Below, in pieces: positions 19,507 through 29,212 of a stretch of 64,000 bases of DNA. A model generated the notes under the pieces. The model worked only from the letters and a program-made list of their open reading frames with translations, made no database searches and was not told the DNA's origin. This DNA comes from Phycisphaeraceae bacterium. Lineage in GTDB: Bacteria > Planctomycetota > Phycisphaerae > Phycisphaerales > SM1A02. Numbering within the stretch: the first letter of the stretch is position 1; each line of letters opens with the position of its first letter. The stretch spans positions 28,117 to 92,116 of the forward strand of contig JAHBWY010000005.1 in assembly GCA_019636735.1 (NCBI GenBank), given 5' to 3'. The position numbers and the translations under genes are program-made.

Positions 19507-21380
19507 GGTGATGGATCCTCAATGAGGATGGATGGGGGCGCCTGAAGGTCCGGCGGCAGAAGCCATGGAACCATCAGGACGGTCACAAGAAGAACGATGA
19601 TGCTGAATGGCACTCCGATCCTGACGAAGTCACCAAATCGGTAGTTGCCCGGGCCGACGACGAGCGTGTTGACCGGCGACGAGACCGGCGTCATGAATGC
19701 GGTGGATGCGGCCAACGCGACGGTCATGCCGAAGGGATAGGGCGACATGCCGAGGTCCTTGGCAATGGCGATCGCCACCGGTGCCATCAGGACCGCCGTC
19801 GCCGTGTTCGAAATGAAGAGACCGAGGGTCGCCGTCACCACGAAGATCGCCGCGAGGGTTCCATGCACACCAAGATTGCTCGTGACGGCGTTCAGGGCGC
19901 CGGCCCCTAGATCGACTCCGCCGGTCTTCTGAAGCGCGATCGAGAAGGGCAGCATGCCGACGATCAGGACGATCGTCTTCCAGTCGATCGCGCGATAGGA
20001 ACTGGTCATCGTCACGCACTTGAAGGCGCCCATCATCAGGCAGCCGATGAGCGCCGCGATCACATTCGGAGTCCACCCGGTGATCATCAGGACAAGCACC
20101 ACGGCGAGACTGATGACGGCCAGCGGCGCCCGTCCCGGCGCGGCAAGCTGGTCCTTCACCTCGACGGGAAGCCGCATGAGTTGAAGGCCGTTGTCATCGG
20201 CGTTCAATCGTTCGAGCCTCTTCCACGGTCCGACCATGAGCAGCGTGTCGCCCTCCCGAAGTCGCTGATCCAGCAGACTTGCACTGCACGCCTTCGTGCC
20301 GCGCCGCATGCCGATGACCGTCGCGCCGACGCGACTGCGCAAGCCAGCCTCGACCACCGTCTTCTCGACGAGGTCGGAGCCGTAGGGCACGATGACCTCG
20401 GCCAAGCCGATCTCCTGCGCGCGATCGCTGAAGTAGTCGCTTGCGAGCGGGAGCGGCGTCAATGAGAAGCGCTCGACGACGGCGGCCATGTCGACCGAGG
20501 CGCCGAGGACATCCAGCAGAAGGACATCGCCCGCTCGAAGTTCGAGGGCCGGCCTGGGCTGGATCAACTGATTGGACAAGCGACCGCGTCGTTCGACCGC
20601 GATGATGTTCACGCCGGACGACGCGCGCAGATCGAGTTCGCCGAGCGAGCGCCCCACGAGGGACGAGGCTTCGCTCACCCGCAAGCGATGCTCGCGCGCG
20701 GCCAGGTCGTACTCCTTGATCCACTCCGTGAGTGTCTGCCGAGGCGCGGCCGAAGGACCCGCGGAGCCGTCGCCCGCGGGGAGCCAGCGTCGGGCAATCA
20801 GCATGTAGCCGATACCGAGAATGAGCACCGGCACACCGAACGGCGTGAAGCTGAAGAAGCGGAAACCATCGAGACCGCTGCGCTGAAGCTCGGAGTTGAC
20901 GACGAGGTTGGGTGCCGTCGCGACCAGCGTCATCATGCCGCTGATGAGCGCCGCGAAGCTGAGCGGCATCATCAGGCGACCGGGAGAGGTTCCCGTCGTC
21001 TGAGCGATTCGAAGCGCCACGGGAATGAAGATCGCGGTGACGGCGGTTGAGCTCATCATCGAGCCGAGACCACAAACCACCACCATGAGCAGCGCCGTCA
21101 GCTTGACTTCGTTCGAACCCGCCTTGATGGAGAGCCAGTCGCCGAGCCACCGTGCGACTCCGGTGCGAACAAGCCCATCTCCAATGACGAAGAGCGCCGC
21201 GATGAGCACGATGTTCGGATCGGCGAATCCTGCCAGAGCGTCACGCACCGGGATGATGCCGAGGAGCGGCATCAGCGTGAGCATGATCAGCGCCACGGCA
21301 TCCATGCGCGGACGGTTGATCGCGAACATCACGATCGCCGCCACGAGAAGGCCCAGCACGATGATGAGTTCAGTGGTCAA
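19503..21380 (-). CDS. SLC13/DASS-type anion permease with central TrkA-C (RCK_C) domains
   Basis: N- and C-terminal polytopic halves flank two soluble segments (...RLRVSEASSLVGRSLGELDL... and ...LAEVIVPYGSDLVEKTVVEAGLR...). It overlaps the abgT start by 4 nt. Confidence 0.8.
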   Translation of the reverse strand: MTTELIIVLGLLVAAIVMFAINRPRMDAVALIMLTLMPLLGIIPVRDALAGFADPNIVLIAALFVIGDGLVRTGVARWLGDWLSIKAGSNEVKLTALLMVVVCGLGSMMSSTAVTAIFIPVALRIAQTTGTSPGRLMMPLSFAALISGMMTLVATAPNLVVNSELQRSGLDGFRFFSFTPFGVPVLILGIGYMLIARRWLPAGDGSAGPSAAPRQTLTEWIKEYDLAAREHRLRVSEASSLVGRSLGELDLRASSGVNIIAVERRGRLSNQLIQPRPALELRAGDVLLLDVLGASVDMAAVVERFSLTPLPLASDYFSDRAQEIGLAEVIVPYGSDLVEKTVVEAGLRSRVGATVIGMRRGTKACSASLLDQRLREGDTLLMVGPWKRLERLNADDNGLQLMRLPVEVKDQLAAPGRAPLAVISLAVVLVLMITGWTPNVIAALIGCLMMGAFKCVTMTSSYRAIDWKTIVLIVGMLPFSIALQKTGGVDLGAGALNAVTSNLGVHGTLAAIFVVTATLGLFISNTATAVLMAPVAIAIAKDLGMSPYPFGMTVALAASTAFMTPVSSPVNTLVVGPGNYRFGDFVRIGVPFSIIVLLVTVLMVPWLLPPDLQAPPSILIEDPSP

Positions 21381-21565
21381 CGCACATCCGTAGTCGCCGA
21401 GGACTCAAGTCGGGGGAAAGCGTACCGAGCAGAGCAAGAGCTGTCTCTCGGCGAACCCCGTTGGGCTTCATCAGGAGCACATTGAATGCTTCTTGATTTT
21501 TCTGGGCTCCGGGTGAATCCAGACACCCTTATCTACATCTTCATACTCCCCCTACGCGCCTGCCA

Positions 21566-22609
21566 TTGGCCATCGAGGAAGTGACTACGCTCCGACTCAT
21601 GAGGACGACTGTACCAAGTGACGAACGGGCTGCGGTCGACGCCGTGTCGACAGGTCATCTGCCTGCGCCGGAGATCGTGGCCCGATTGGTGCAGGAGTCG
21701 TATGAGCGCTTTCGTCAGGTCGACGAGGGAACGGTGGCCGACTACATCCCAGCGCTCGCCAAGGTGCGCCGCGACCTCTTCGGCATCTGCGTGGTCGGGG
21801 TGAACGGCGGTGTCCACCACGCCGGGGATGCCGAACATGAGTTCTCCATCCAGAGCGTCTCCAAGCCCTTCGTCTTCGCACTCATCTGTCAGGCGATCGG
21901 GTTGGAAGACGCCCGCGCCAAGCTTGGCGTGAACGCGACCGGGCTGCCATTCAACTCGGTGATGGCCGTGGAGCTCAACTCCGCGCGCACCATGAACCCT
22001 ATGGTGAATGCGGGCGCAATCGCCTCCACGAGCCTTGCTCCCGGGTCGACAGCCGAGGCCAAGTGGGCGTTCATCGTCGATGGACTCTCACGCTTCGCGG
22101 GCCGCCAGCTCGAACTCGATCGGGAGATCTACGAGTCGGAGGCGGCCACCAATCTCCGAAATCGCGGTATCGCCAAGCTGCTCGAGGGCTACGAGCGCAT
22201 GTACTTTGACGCCCTCGCAGCCGTCGACATCTACACGAAGCAGTGTTCACTTCGAGTGAGCGCCAAGGACCTCGCGGTCATGGGCGCGACCTTGGCCGAC
22301 GGTGGCGTGAATCCGATCACCCGTGAGCGCGTGGTCGATGCGGCCGTGTGCAAGCGCGTCCTGGCGGTTCTGGCCACCGCAGGCCTCTATGAGACCTCCG
22401 GCGACTGGCTCTTCGACATCGGCCTGCCGGGGAAGAGCGGCGTGGGTGGCGGCATTGTGACCATCGCCCCAGGTAAGGGCGGGCTGGGCACCTTCGCGCC
22501 CGCGCTCGACGAAGCGGGCAACAGTGTGAAGGGACAGTGCGTCGCGCGCTTCCTCTCCGAACGGCTTGGCCTCAATCTCTTCGCTTCGAAGCCCGAGACG
22601 ACCGGCTGA
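21566..22609 (+). CDS. glsA: Glutaminase A
   Basis: Motifs SVSKPFVFALI, NPMVNAGAI and LPGKSGVGGGI. The ORF-track start at 21566 is TTG; an ATG at 21599 is an alternative. Confidence 0.9.
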   Translation: MAIEEVTTLRLMRTTVPSDERAAVDAVSTGHLPAPEIVARLVQESYERFRQVDEGTVADYIPALAKVRRDLFGICVVGVNGGVHHAGDAEHEFSIQSVSKPFVFALICQAIGLEDARAKLGVNATGLPFNSVMAVELNSARTMNPMVNAGAIASTSLAPGSTAEAKWAFIVDGLSRFAGRQLELDREIYESEAATNLRNRGIAKLLEGYERMYFDALAAVDIYTKQCSLRVSAKDLAVMGATLADGGVNPITRERVVDAAVCKRVLAVLATAGLYETSGDWLFDIGLPGKSGVGGGIVTIAPGKGGLGTFAPALDEAGNSVKGQCVARFLSERLGLNLFASKPETTG

Positions 22610-22670
22610 ACCGAAGACTCATCTCTTCGCTCGATCCAATCCCGTATCGCCTGCACCTCCCGGAGGACTC

Positions 22671-24326
22671 ATGATGACTCGCGCATCAACGCTCGACACT
22701 CCTGCGATCTCGGCGGATGAGCCTCGAGATCCGTGGCTCCCCATGGTCGTCATCGCCATGGGCCAGATGCTCATGTCCTTTAATGTCGCCGCGCTGCCAG
22801 TCTCGATGCGCGGCATGGTGGAGAGCTTCAACACCCCGCCGACCACCGTCGGGACGGCCATCATCATGTATTCGCTCGGCGTCTCGGGCTTCGTGATGCT
22901 CGGAGCCAAGCTCGGCCAGCGACTGGGCGTGAAGCGCTTCTTCCAGATCGCCGTGAGCATGTTCCTTGCGGCCATGGTCATGATGGTCGCAAGCCCCACG
23001 GCCACCATCATGCTGGCGGCCCAGGGCATCGCGGGACTGGCCGGTGCCGCGCTCGTTCCCACGCTCGTGGCGCTGATCGCCAACCACTACAAGGGCAAGC
23101 AGCAGGCGAAGGCCGTGGGCTGGCTCGGCTCCGCACGGGCCATCGCGGGCGTGCTCGCGTTCGTGATTGTCGGATTCGTGGCGGCCATCAATTGGCGCTA
23201 TGCGTTCGCCCTGTTGATCCTGCACAGCGCGGCCATTCTTCTCCTCTCCTTCAAGCTCAAGCCCTCGGAGGCCAAGCCGGAGGTCCGCATCGATTTCGGT
23301 GGAGTCTTCCTGGCGGCGCTCGGCATCATTCTCATCACTTTCGGATTCAACAACATCCGCGGCTGGGGTGTGCTGCTGGCCCGGCCCAACGCCCCCTTCG
23401 ATCTCGCCGGCATCTCACCTGCCCCGGTGATGATCGCCATCGGCGCCGCCATCCTCATGAGCTTCTTCGTCTGGTCGCAGCGCACGGCACGGCGTGGGGG
23501 AACTCCGCTGATGGCGATGGAGGTGATCGGAAGCGGCCGCGAGTGGGCGGCGGTCATCGCGCTCTTCCTGATCGTCGGAACCGAGGCCGCCATCAACTTC
23601 AGCGTTCCGCTCTACATTCAGATCATCCAGGGGCGCTCCAGCATGGCGACTTCGATCGCCATGATGCCGTTCATGCTCACGGTCTTCTTCGTGGCGATTC
23701 TCGTCGTGCGCTTCTACGACACCTTCACGCCGCGGCAGTTGGCTCGGGGCGCATTCACCCTCGTCATCGCCGGAACCACATGGCTCGCCTTCGTGGCCAG
23801 CAATGACTGGAGCGTGCTGCCCGTGATTGTCGGCCTGGTCACGGTAGGCATCGGACAGGGAGTGCTGGTCACGCTGCTCTTCAATGTGCTGGTCACGGCG
23901 GCTCCGCGGGAGTTGGCCGGCGATGTCGGCTCTCTCCGAGGAGTGACCCAGAACATGGCTGCCGCCGTCGGCACCGCCGTGATGGGCGCTCTCGTGGTGG
24001 CCGTGCTTACCGCGGGCATCATGCGAGAAGTTCAGAACAACCCGCTCATCGCCCAGGAGATCACCGCCGAGATCGACCTTGACAGCGTCAACTTCCTCAG
24101 CAACGAGGCGCTCAGGGCGCGCTTTGAGGGCTCGGCAGCGCGACCCGAGCAGATCGAGGAGGCCATCCGCATCAACAGCGAAACCCGCCTCCAGGCGCTT
24201 CGGACCGGCTTCCTCTTCCTGGCGGGACTTTCGCTGCTGGCGCTGGTGCCGTGCAGTTGGCTGCCGAACTACCGACCGGGCCAGATCCCCACGAACGCCA
24301 CTCCTCCATCGCCGGGGAGATCGTGA
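22671..24326 (+). CDS. MFS transporter (DHA2-like, about 14 TM)
   Basis: Start set at ATGATG 22671, preceded by GGAGG. The region upstream in the ORF overlaps glsA. Many TM helices and an MFS-like loop GAKLGQRLGVKR. Confidence 0.8.
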   Translation: MMTRASTLDTPAISADEPRDPWLPMVVIAMGQMLMSFNVAALPVSMRGMVESFNTPPTTVGTAIIMYSLGVSGFVMLGAKLGQRLGVKRFFQIAVSMFLAAMVMMVASPTATIMLAAQGIAGLAGAALVPTLVALIANHYKGKQQAKAVGWLGSARAIAGVLAFVIVGFVAAINWRYAFALLILHSAAILLLSFKLKPSEAKPEVRIDFGGVFLAALGIILITFGFNNIRGWGVLLARPNAPFDLAGISPAPVMIAIGAAILMSFFVWSQRTARRGGTPLMAMEVIGSGREWAAVIALFLIVGTEAAINFSVPLYIQIIQGRSSMATSIAMMPFMLTVFFVAILVVRFYDTFTPRQLARGAFTLVIAGTTWLAFVASNDWSVLPVIVGLVTVGIGQGVLVTLLFNVLVTAAPRELAGDVGSLRGVTQNMAAAVGTAVMGALVVAVLTAGIMREVQNNPLIAQEITAEIDLDSVNFLSNEALRARFEGSAARPEQIEEAIRINSETRLQALRTGFLFLAGLSLLALVPCSWLPNYRPGQIPTNATPPSPGRS

Positions 24327-24379
24327 CCGATGACGAGCTGCGACCCATGGCTCGACGAACTCGAAACGCAGGAGATCCC

Positions 24380-25768
24380 ATGAGCGACCAGTTTCCTCGT
24401 GTCCCTCGACTGCTGACGCTGGGCTGCGCCGTCGCCACACTTCAAGCCGCGATGGCAGCTCAGGACGCGCCTGCGGTGAGTCCCCCGCCATCGGAGGAAG
24501 CGGCGCTCTCCACTCAGTCGACCGCTCCGGCAACGGACCTTCCACCCGTGCCCGCCGCCGATCTCCCGAATCCCGACATCGTCATCTTCCCGGTTCGATC
24601 TCCGGGCGATGACGGCTACACACCCGGCGAAGGTCCGACGAGTCCGATCAAGGAGCTCGATGAGATCTTCGCACCGCGCCGTGGCATCATTCGTATTCCC
24701 GGGTATGACGACGCGCTCGATGCACTCTTCGACTTCTTCGCGAAGATCGACGAGGACATCGGACTGCGCACGGGCTTCGCGTATACGAGTGTCTTTGCCA
24801 TCGCCAGTGGTGGGCCCGGCAATCGCAATGGCTTCTCCGGCGATGTCGATCTCATGTTCGCGTGGACCCTGCTCGGCCGTGGCACCGCCGACACCGGCAC
24901 GCTGGTCTTCACGATCGAGGATCGCTTTCGCCAGTCGACTCAGACTGCCAATGCGCTGGGCCGGGTGCTGGAGGTGCTCACCACGCCGGTCAATGCATTC
25001 AATGATCGCGGCTTCGTCATTCGCGATCTGCATTGGCGCCAGCGCCTCTTCGACGATCGCCTGCGCCTGCTGGTGGGTCGGGCCGATCCGTCGGATTATC
25101 TCGGCACCATGATGATGGCGAATGCGAACAACGCCTACCTCAACCGATCGCTGGCCACCAATCCATCGGTGGCGTGGCCCGGACACACACCAACGCTCGG
25201 CGCGACGCTGCTTCCGACCGATTGGTTCTACGCCACCTTCGGCGTGGCCAACGCCTACGGAACGACCACAACGACTGGACTCGACACCATCGGCGACCTC
25301 GACCTCTTCTGGGGCGCCGAGTTCGGTGTGACGCCGACCTGGGAGGGGCTCGGTACGGGGCGTTATCGCATCTTCCTGTGGCAGACCGATGCGCGCCCGA
25401 ATGACAATCTCCCGCTCGATCGAGGCCTCTCAGTCGTCCTCGAGCAGAATGTCGGTGACAGTGTGTTTCTATGGGCGCGCTACAACTACGCCGATGCCAC
25501 GGTCACCAACATTCGGCAAATGGCGCAAGGCGGCTTCGGTCTGCGAGGTCTCCTCGGCAGCCCCGACGATCTGACCGGCTTCGGCTTCTCCTACGGGCAA
25601 CCGCGGGTCGGTCTCAGGGATGAGAAGGTGCTCGAAGTCTTCCACCGCTTCCAACTCACGCCGAGGACGCAACTCACTTTCGATGCCCAGCTCATCGTGG
25701 ACCCCTCCTACAACCCCACTCAGGATGTGCTCGGCGTCTTCGCCGTTCGATTGCGCATCGAGTTCTAA
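24380..25768 (+). CDS. Outer-membrane porin, OprB/carbohydrate-selective-like (tentative)
   Basis: Start at ATG 24380 after AGGAG. Signal peptide LLTLGCAVATLQAAMAAQDA, beta-strand-like alternating pattern, C-terminal ...VFAVRLRIEF ending in Phe. Confidence 0.6.
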   Translation: MSDQFPRVPRLLTLGCAVATLQAAMAAQDAPAVSPPPSEEAALSTQSTAPATDLPPVPAADLPNPDIVIFPVRSPGDDGYTPGEGPTSPIKELDEIFAPRRGIIRIPGYDDALDALFDFFAKIDEDIGLRTGFAYTSVFAIASGGPGNRNGFSGDVDLMFAWTLLGRGTADTGTLVFTIEDRFRQSTQTANALGRVLEVLTTPVNAFNDRGFVIRDLHWRQRLFDDRLRLLVGRADPSDYLGTMMMANANNAYLNRSLATNPSVAWPGHTPTLGATLLPTDWFYATFGVANAYGTTTTTGLDTIGDLDLFWGAEFGVTPTWEGLGTGRYRIFLWQTDARPNDNLPLDRGLSVVLEQNVGDSVFLWARYNYADATVTNIRQMAQGGFGLRGLLGSPDDLTGFGFSYGQPRVGLRDEKVLEVFHRFQLTPRTQLTFDAQLIVDPSYNPTQDVLGVFAVRLRIEF

Positions 25769-25883
25769 GGGCGGCGCCACCGCGCCTTGCGAGTGGCCGC
25801 GGTGAGCTCAGGATGAGGGCGTCGAGTCAACTCTCAGTCAGCCGATGGCTGATTGAAGCGAACCGGGGTTTTGCAACACTTCC

Positions 25884-26582
25884 TCACCCCGGCAGGCGCT
25901 GGAGCACCACGCTGAAGCGGTCGGCGCTCACGATGAGTTGATCTCCCGCGAGCGAGAAGCGGGCGTTGATGAGATGGTCCGAACGATTGATGATCAGCGT
26001 GTCGTTGACCACTCGATAGCCCTCATCCGCGGTTCGAATGAGGCCATCCTTGGCTGTGATCGTCGTGAGGAGTCGGCCGTTGGGCCGGAACTCAACGAGC
26101 ATCGAGGCGAACGAACCGAACGCATCCCGCGGATTCACGCTGACCACCGCCCATCGAGTCTCTCCCAGCGGGCCGACTTCCGTGTTGGTGAAGCGCGCCT
26201 CGCCGGCGGCACTGATTGACGGCGCTGGTGCCGATCCACCGCGCTGTTGCGCAGCTTGCTGTCGCTGCTGCGCCTCAAGCGAGGCAATGCGAGCCTCCTG
26301 CTGGCGCGAGAGCTCTGCCGCTCGCGACTTGTCGACTTCGTTCCCGATCAGGTAGCCGACACCCGCGCCGACACCGGTCCCGATGAGCGTCGCGGTGGTG
26401 TCTCGGCCGATGGCCTGTCCCATGAGCGCGCCCAATCCGGCCCCAGCCACCACCCCCGTTTGACCCGCGGTCTGGCAAGCCGTTGAAACCAAGCCCACAG
26501 CCATGCACCCGGCGAGGATCACAAGGATCGACCGCCACCTGGGCTGACCAACCGACGGTTGCAGAGAGTGGGCGTGACGCAT
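25884..26582 (-). CDS. Lipoprotein with glycine-zipper segment
   Basis: Lipobox VILAGC, glycine zipper GVVAGAGLGALMGQAIG...GTGVGAGVGYLIG, a Gln-rich coiled segment, then a beta-rich C-terminal domain. Confidence 0.6.
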   Translation of the reverse strand: MRHAHSLQPSVGQPRWRSILVILAGCMAVGLVSTACQTAGQTGVVAGAGLGALMGQAIGRDTTATLIGTGVGAGVGYLIGNEVDKSRAAELSRQQEARIASLEAQQRQQAAQQRGGSAPAPSISAAGEARFTNTEVGPLGETRWAVVSVNPRDAFGSFASMLVEFRPNGRLLTTITAKDGLIRTADEGYRVVNDTLIINRSDHLINARFSLAGDQLIVSADRFSVVLQRLPG

Positions 26583-27051
26583 GGACTGGATCTCCTTCGG
26601 GGCAGGCGACTCGACACGGACAAGCGGAATCGATGCGTGTCGGATCGCGGCGGATGCTACCCGGCCCTCGACCGATCACTGGGAGAATCCCCCTCTCAGG
26701 CCATTGCATCACCCGGGAACGGTGCTACTGTTTTCCTGTCTCAACGAAGCGACCGACCCTCCGCGCAAAATGCGGCGCGGCATTCGGAAGCAAGGTGGGA
26801 CCGACCGGATCCGCTCCTGGTCTGACGACTCGGGACGCCGAGCCGCACGACCAGAGGTCGCCCGGGCGATGAGCTCCGCGGGACGCTGCGGAGAAGAGAG
26901 CTTGGCGGCGAGTGCTCACCTCGCGACGGCTGAGCGTGGCGCTTTCAAGAAGGAGGTGGTCCAGTGCAGAGTGAAACCATGAAGGGCTTGCACCGCTAAC
27001 CCCGTGCACCCGACGGGGTCCGCACGGTTCGGTGCGGCCCTCTACGACATG

Positions 27052-27091
27052 CCCCGCCGATCGGCTCGTCCGGTCGGCGGGGCTTCTTTTT
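27052..27091 (+). terminator. Rho-independent terminator, plus-strand oriented, with no plus-strand CDS upstream
   Basis: 13-bp GC-rich stem CCCCGCCGATCGG / CCGGTCGGCGGGG (one G-U pair), a 6-nt loop, then CTTCTTTTT. On the minus strand no U-run follows the stem. Confidence 0.6.
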
Positions 27092-27265
27092 CCGGGCTCG
27101 AAACGGCGGGTGAACTGGACTCCATTGGCCGAAGGGACTGTCGTTGAGTTCCGCGCCGAACTTCACCCAAATGGTCGTGAACCCGGCGCCTGTCGAAGAT
27201 TGCATCTCGACGACCAGAGCGAGACCCTTGACGGTGCGATGTGGTGCCCCCGTCGATCATGTGCC

Positions 27266-27799
27266 CTAAGGCATCCCCATGCTCTGAAGTCGAGGAGATG
27301 CTGGCGTCACGCCACGCTCCCCGGCCGGGGCGAAGATCTTCGCAATCGCCGTCAATCGGTAATCGAAGATCGTCTCGACCGCCCGACGCACGACGAGAGG
27401 CGTGGCCACGACATCGAACGCGGCTCGATACTCGACTCGATCGCGCATCAGCGTCCCCTCCGGATGCGGCTCAAGCGTGTGCTCATGCCACCACCAGCGA
27501 TAGGGCCCTCGAATCTGACGGTCGACGAAGCGGAGCGGCGGCTCCCACGCTTCGATCCTGGTGCGCCAGCGAATCGGAATCCCCCAGAGGCGCAGGCGGT
27601 AGTCGATGATCGCCCCTTCCCGCATGTCGATCGGACGCGGCGTGATGATGCGAAAGCGCAGCCACGGCGGCGTGATCGCCTCGAGATTCCAGGCGTCGGC
27701 GAAGAACTCGAAACTCTCTTCCAGCGAGCGCGGGATGATCTGTTCGCGGCGCAGCTCGTGAAGGTGACCCGTCGGGCGCCGATCGGAAACGAAGTTCAT
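27266..27799 (-). CDS. SRPBCC-superfamily protein
   Basis: ...IIPRSLEESFEFFADAWNLEAITPPWLRFRIITP...GPYRWWWHEHTLEPHPEGTLMRDRVEY..., typical of the START/Bet v1-like (cyclase/dehydrase) fold. Start placed at Met MNFVSDRR (27799). Confidence 0.65.
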   Translation of the reverse strand: MNFVSDRRPTGHLHELRREQIIPRSLEESFEFFADAWNLEAITPPWLRFRIITPRPIDMREGAIIDYRLRLWGIPIRWRTRIEAWEPPLRFVDRQIRGPYRWWWHEHTLEPHPEGTLMRDRVEYRAAFDVVATPLVVRRAVETIFDYRLTAIAKIFAPAGERGVTPASPRLQSMGMP

Positions 27800-27945
27800 G
27801 AGACGATCGGCACTTCGAACCGGAGCCGTCGCGGTTTCGTTCACCTTCGGTCGCGCGTGAACTGGCCTGAGGTGTCGAAGTCGAGAAGGTCGGGGAGACG
27901 GTGCGGCTTGGTTGACCGTCGGTCGTGCGTGGGTTGACAGCCTCC

Positions 27946-29091
27946 ATGGCGTTCGTACTCTGTTCGGTCGTGGACCAGCGCTCAAATGAGTTTCAGGATG
28001 CGCTCGTGAAGGGGCCCGCCCATCGCCGCGGCGCCGGGCTGAACCCGGGCAATCGGTTCGAGAGCGTGCGCCTGCATGTGCTGGGCGAAGAGATCGATCG
28101 CCAGTTCGTCGAGCACGAGCGCACCGACGGCACGCTCGCTCGAATGGAACGGCAGGTCTTCACCGATCGCACGAAGTCGATCATCAACCGGGTCGCACGC
28201 ACCAGCGATGTGCCCTTCGACTGGACACTCAACCCCTATCGCGGCTGCGAGCATGGCTGCGTCTACTGCTACGCACGGCAGTACCACGAGTACATCGGTC
28301 TGAGCTGCGGACTGGACTTCGAGACGAAGCTCGTCGCCAAGCCCGATGCGCCGGAGCTGCTTCGAAAGGAGCTTGCGGCGGCGGGGTGGCGGGCCGAGCC
28401 GATCGTGATGTCGGCGAGCACGGACATCTACCAGCCGATCGAGCACGAGATGAGGATCGCGCGGCAATGCCTCGAGGTTCTGACCGAGTGCGGACAGCCC
28501 GTGAGCGGCATGACCAAGAGCTCGATGGTCCTGCGCGACATTGATCTCTGGTCGCGCCTGGCGGCCCAGGGCGCGGGGCGCGTCACCATCACGCTGGTCA
28601 CACTCGATGCGGAGCTCGCGCGATCGCTCGAGCCACGAGCCTCGGCGCCGTCGGCGCGCCTTCGCGCGATCCGCGAGCTCACGAACGCCGGCGTGCCGGT
28701 CACGGTCAATGTGGCACCGGTGATTCCGGGGCTTACGGAGTCGGAGGTGCCCGCGATCCTCGAAGCGGTCGCCGATGCCGGCGCCCTCTCCGCAAGCTGG
28801 ATCATGCTGCGGCTGCCGTATCAGTTGAAGGCGCTCTTCCTCGACTGGCTCGAACGAGCCGTGCATCCCGATCGTGCACGCAAGGTGGAGTCGCTCATCC
28901 GCCAGATGCGCGACGGCAAGCTCTACGAGGCTCGGGTGGCGCGAGGCCGCGGCCGCGGGCCGTTCGCCGAGCAGGTGGCGCAGACCTTCAAGGTCTTCCA
29001 GCGCCGATTTGGTCTCGACCGAGAGCTGCCGCCACTCTCAAGCGCGGCGTTTCGACGGCCGCAGAGTGGCGGTCAGTTGGCGCTCTACTGA
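27946..29091 (+). CDS. Radical SAM protein, PA0069 family-like
   Basis: GAGLNPGNRFE... and NPYRGCEHGCVYCYARQYHEY (CxxxCxxC cluster motif). The start is uncertain (ATG 27946 or GTG 27925). Confidence 0.85.
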   Translation: MAFVLCSVVDQRSNEFQDALVKGPAHRRGAGLNPGNRFESVRLHVLGEEIDRQFVEHERTDGTLARMERQVFTDRTKSIINRVARTSDVPFDWTLNPYRGCEHGCVYCYARQYHEYIGLSCGLDFETKLVAKPDAPELLRKELAAAGWRAEPIVMSASTDIYQPIEHEMRIARQCLEVLTECGQPVSGMTKSSMVLRDIDLWSRLAAQGAGRVTITLVTLDAELARSLEPRASAPSARLRAIRELTNAGVPVTVNVAPVIPGLTESEVPAILEAVADAGALSASWIMLRLPYQLKALFLDWLERAVHPDRARKVESLIRQMRDGKLYEARVARGRGRGPFAEQVAQTFKVFQRRFGLDRELPPLSSAAFRRPQSGGQLALY

Positions 29092-29212
29092 ACGCCACAG
29101 CGCTCCGGCGCGGGCGCCGGAACGCACTGCGTCGCCTGATGCGGTCGCCGTGGACCACGCTTCGAGCCCTGGCGCGACGCCCACCGATCGCAGCGAGTGC
29201 TAGGCTCAATGC

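Noticed and set aside
17974-19545. 523-aa plus-strand ORF antisense to the AbgT transporter
   Set aside because: The composition is dominated by R/H/E/D/G runs, typical of antisense frames in high-GC DNA. The minus strand encodes a convincing polytopic AbgT protein.
26583-27100. Possibility that the structured non-coding region is tmRNA, RNase P RNA or SRP RNA
   Set aside because: By eye I could not find the conserved cores: GAGGAAAGUCC / ACAGAA.CCGGCUUA for RNase P; the 5' GGGG...3' ...UCCACCA acceptor with T-arm for tmRNA; the GGAA tetraloop with flanking AGCA/GGAAGCAGCC helix for SRP. Identity is left open and needs an Infernal scan.
27032-27937. 301-aa plus-strand ORF opposite the SRPBCC gene, and the 294-aa minus ORF (27982..28866) opposite the radical SAM gene
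   Set aside because: The partner strands carry recognisable SRPBCC and CxxxCxxC radical-SAM sequences. These ORFs are Arg-rich antisense artefacts.
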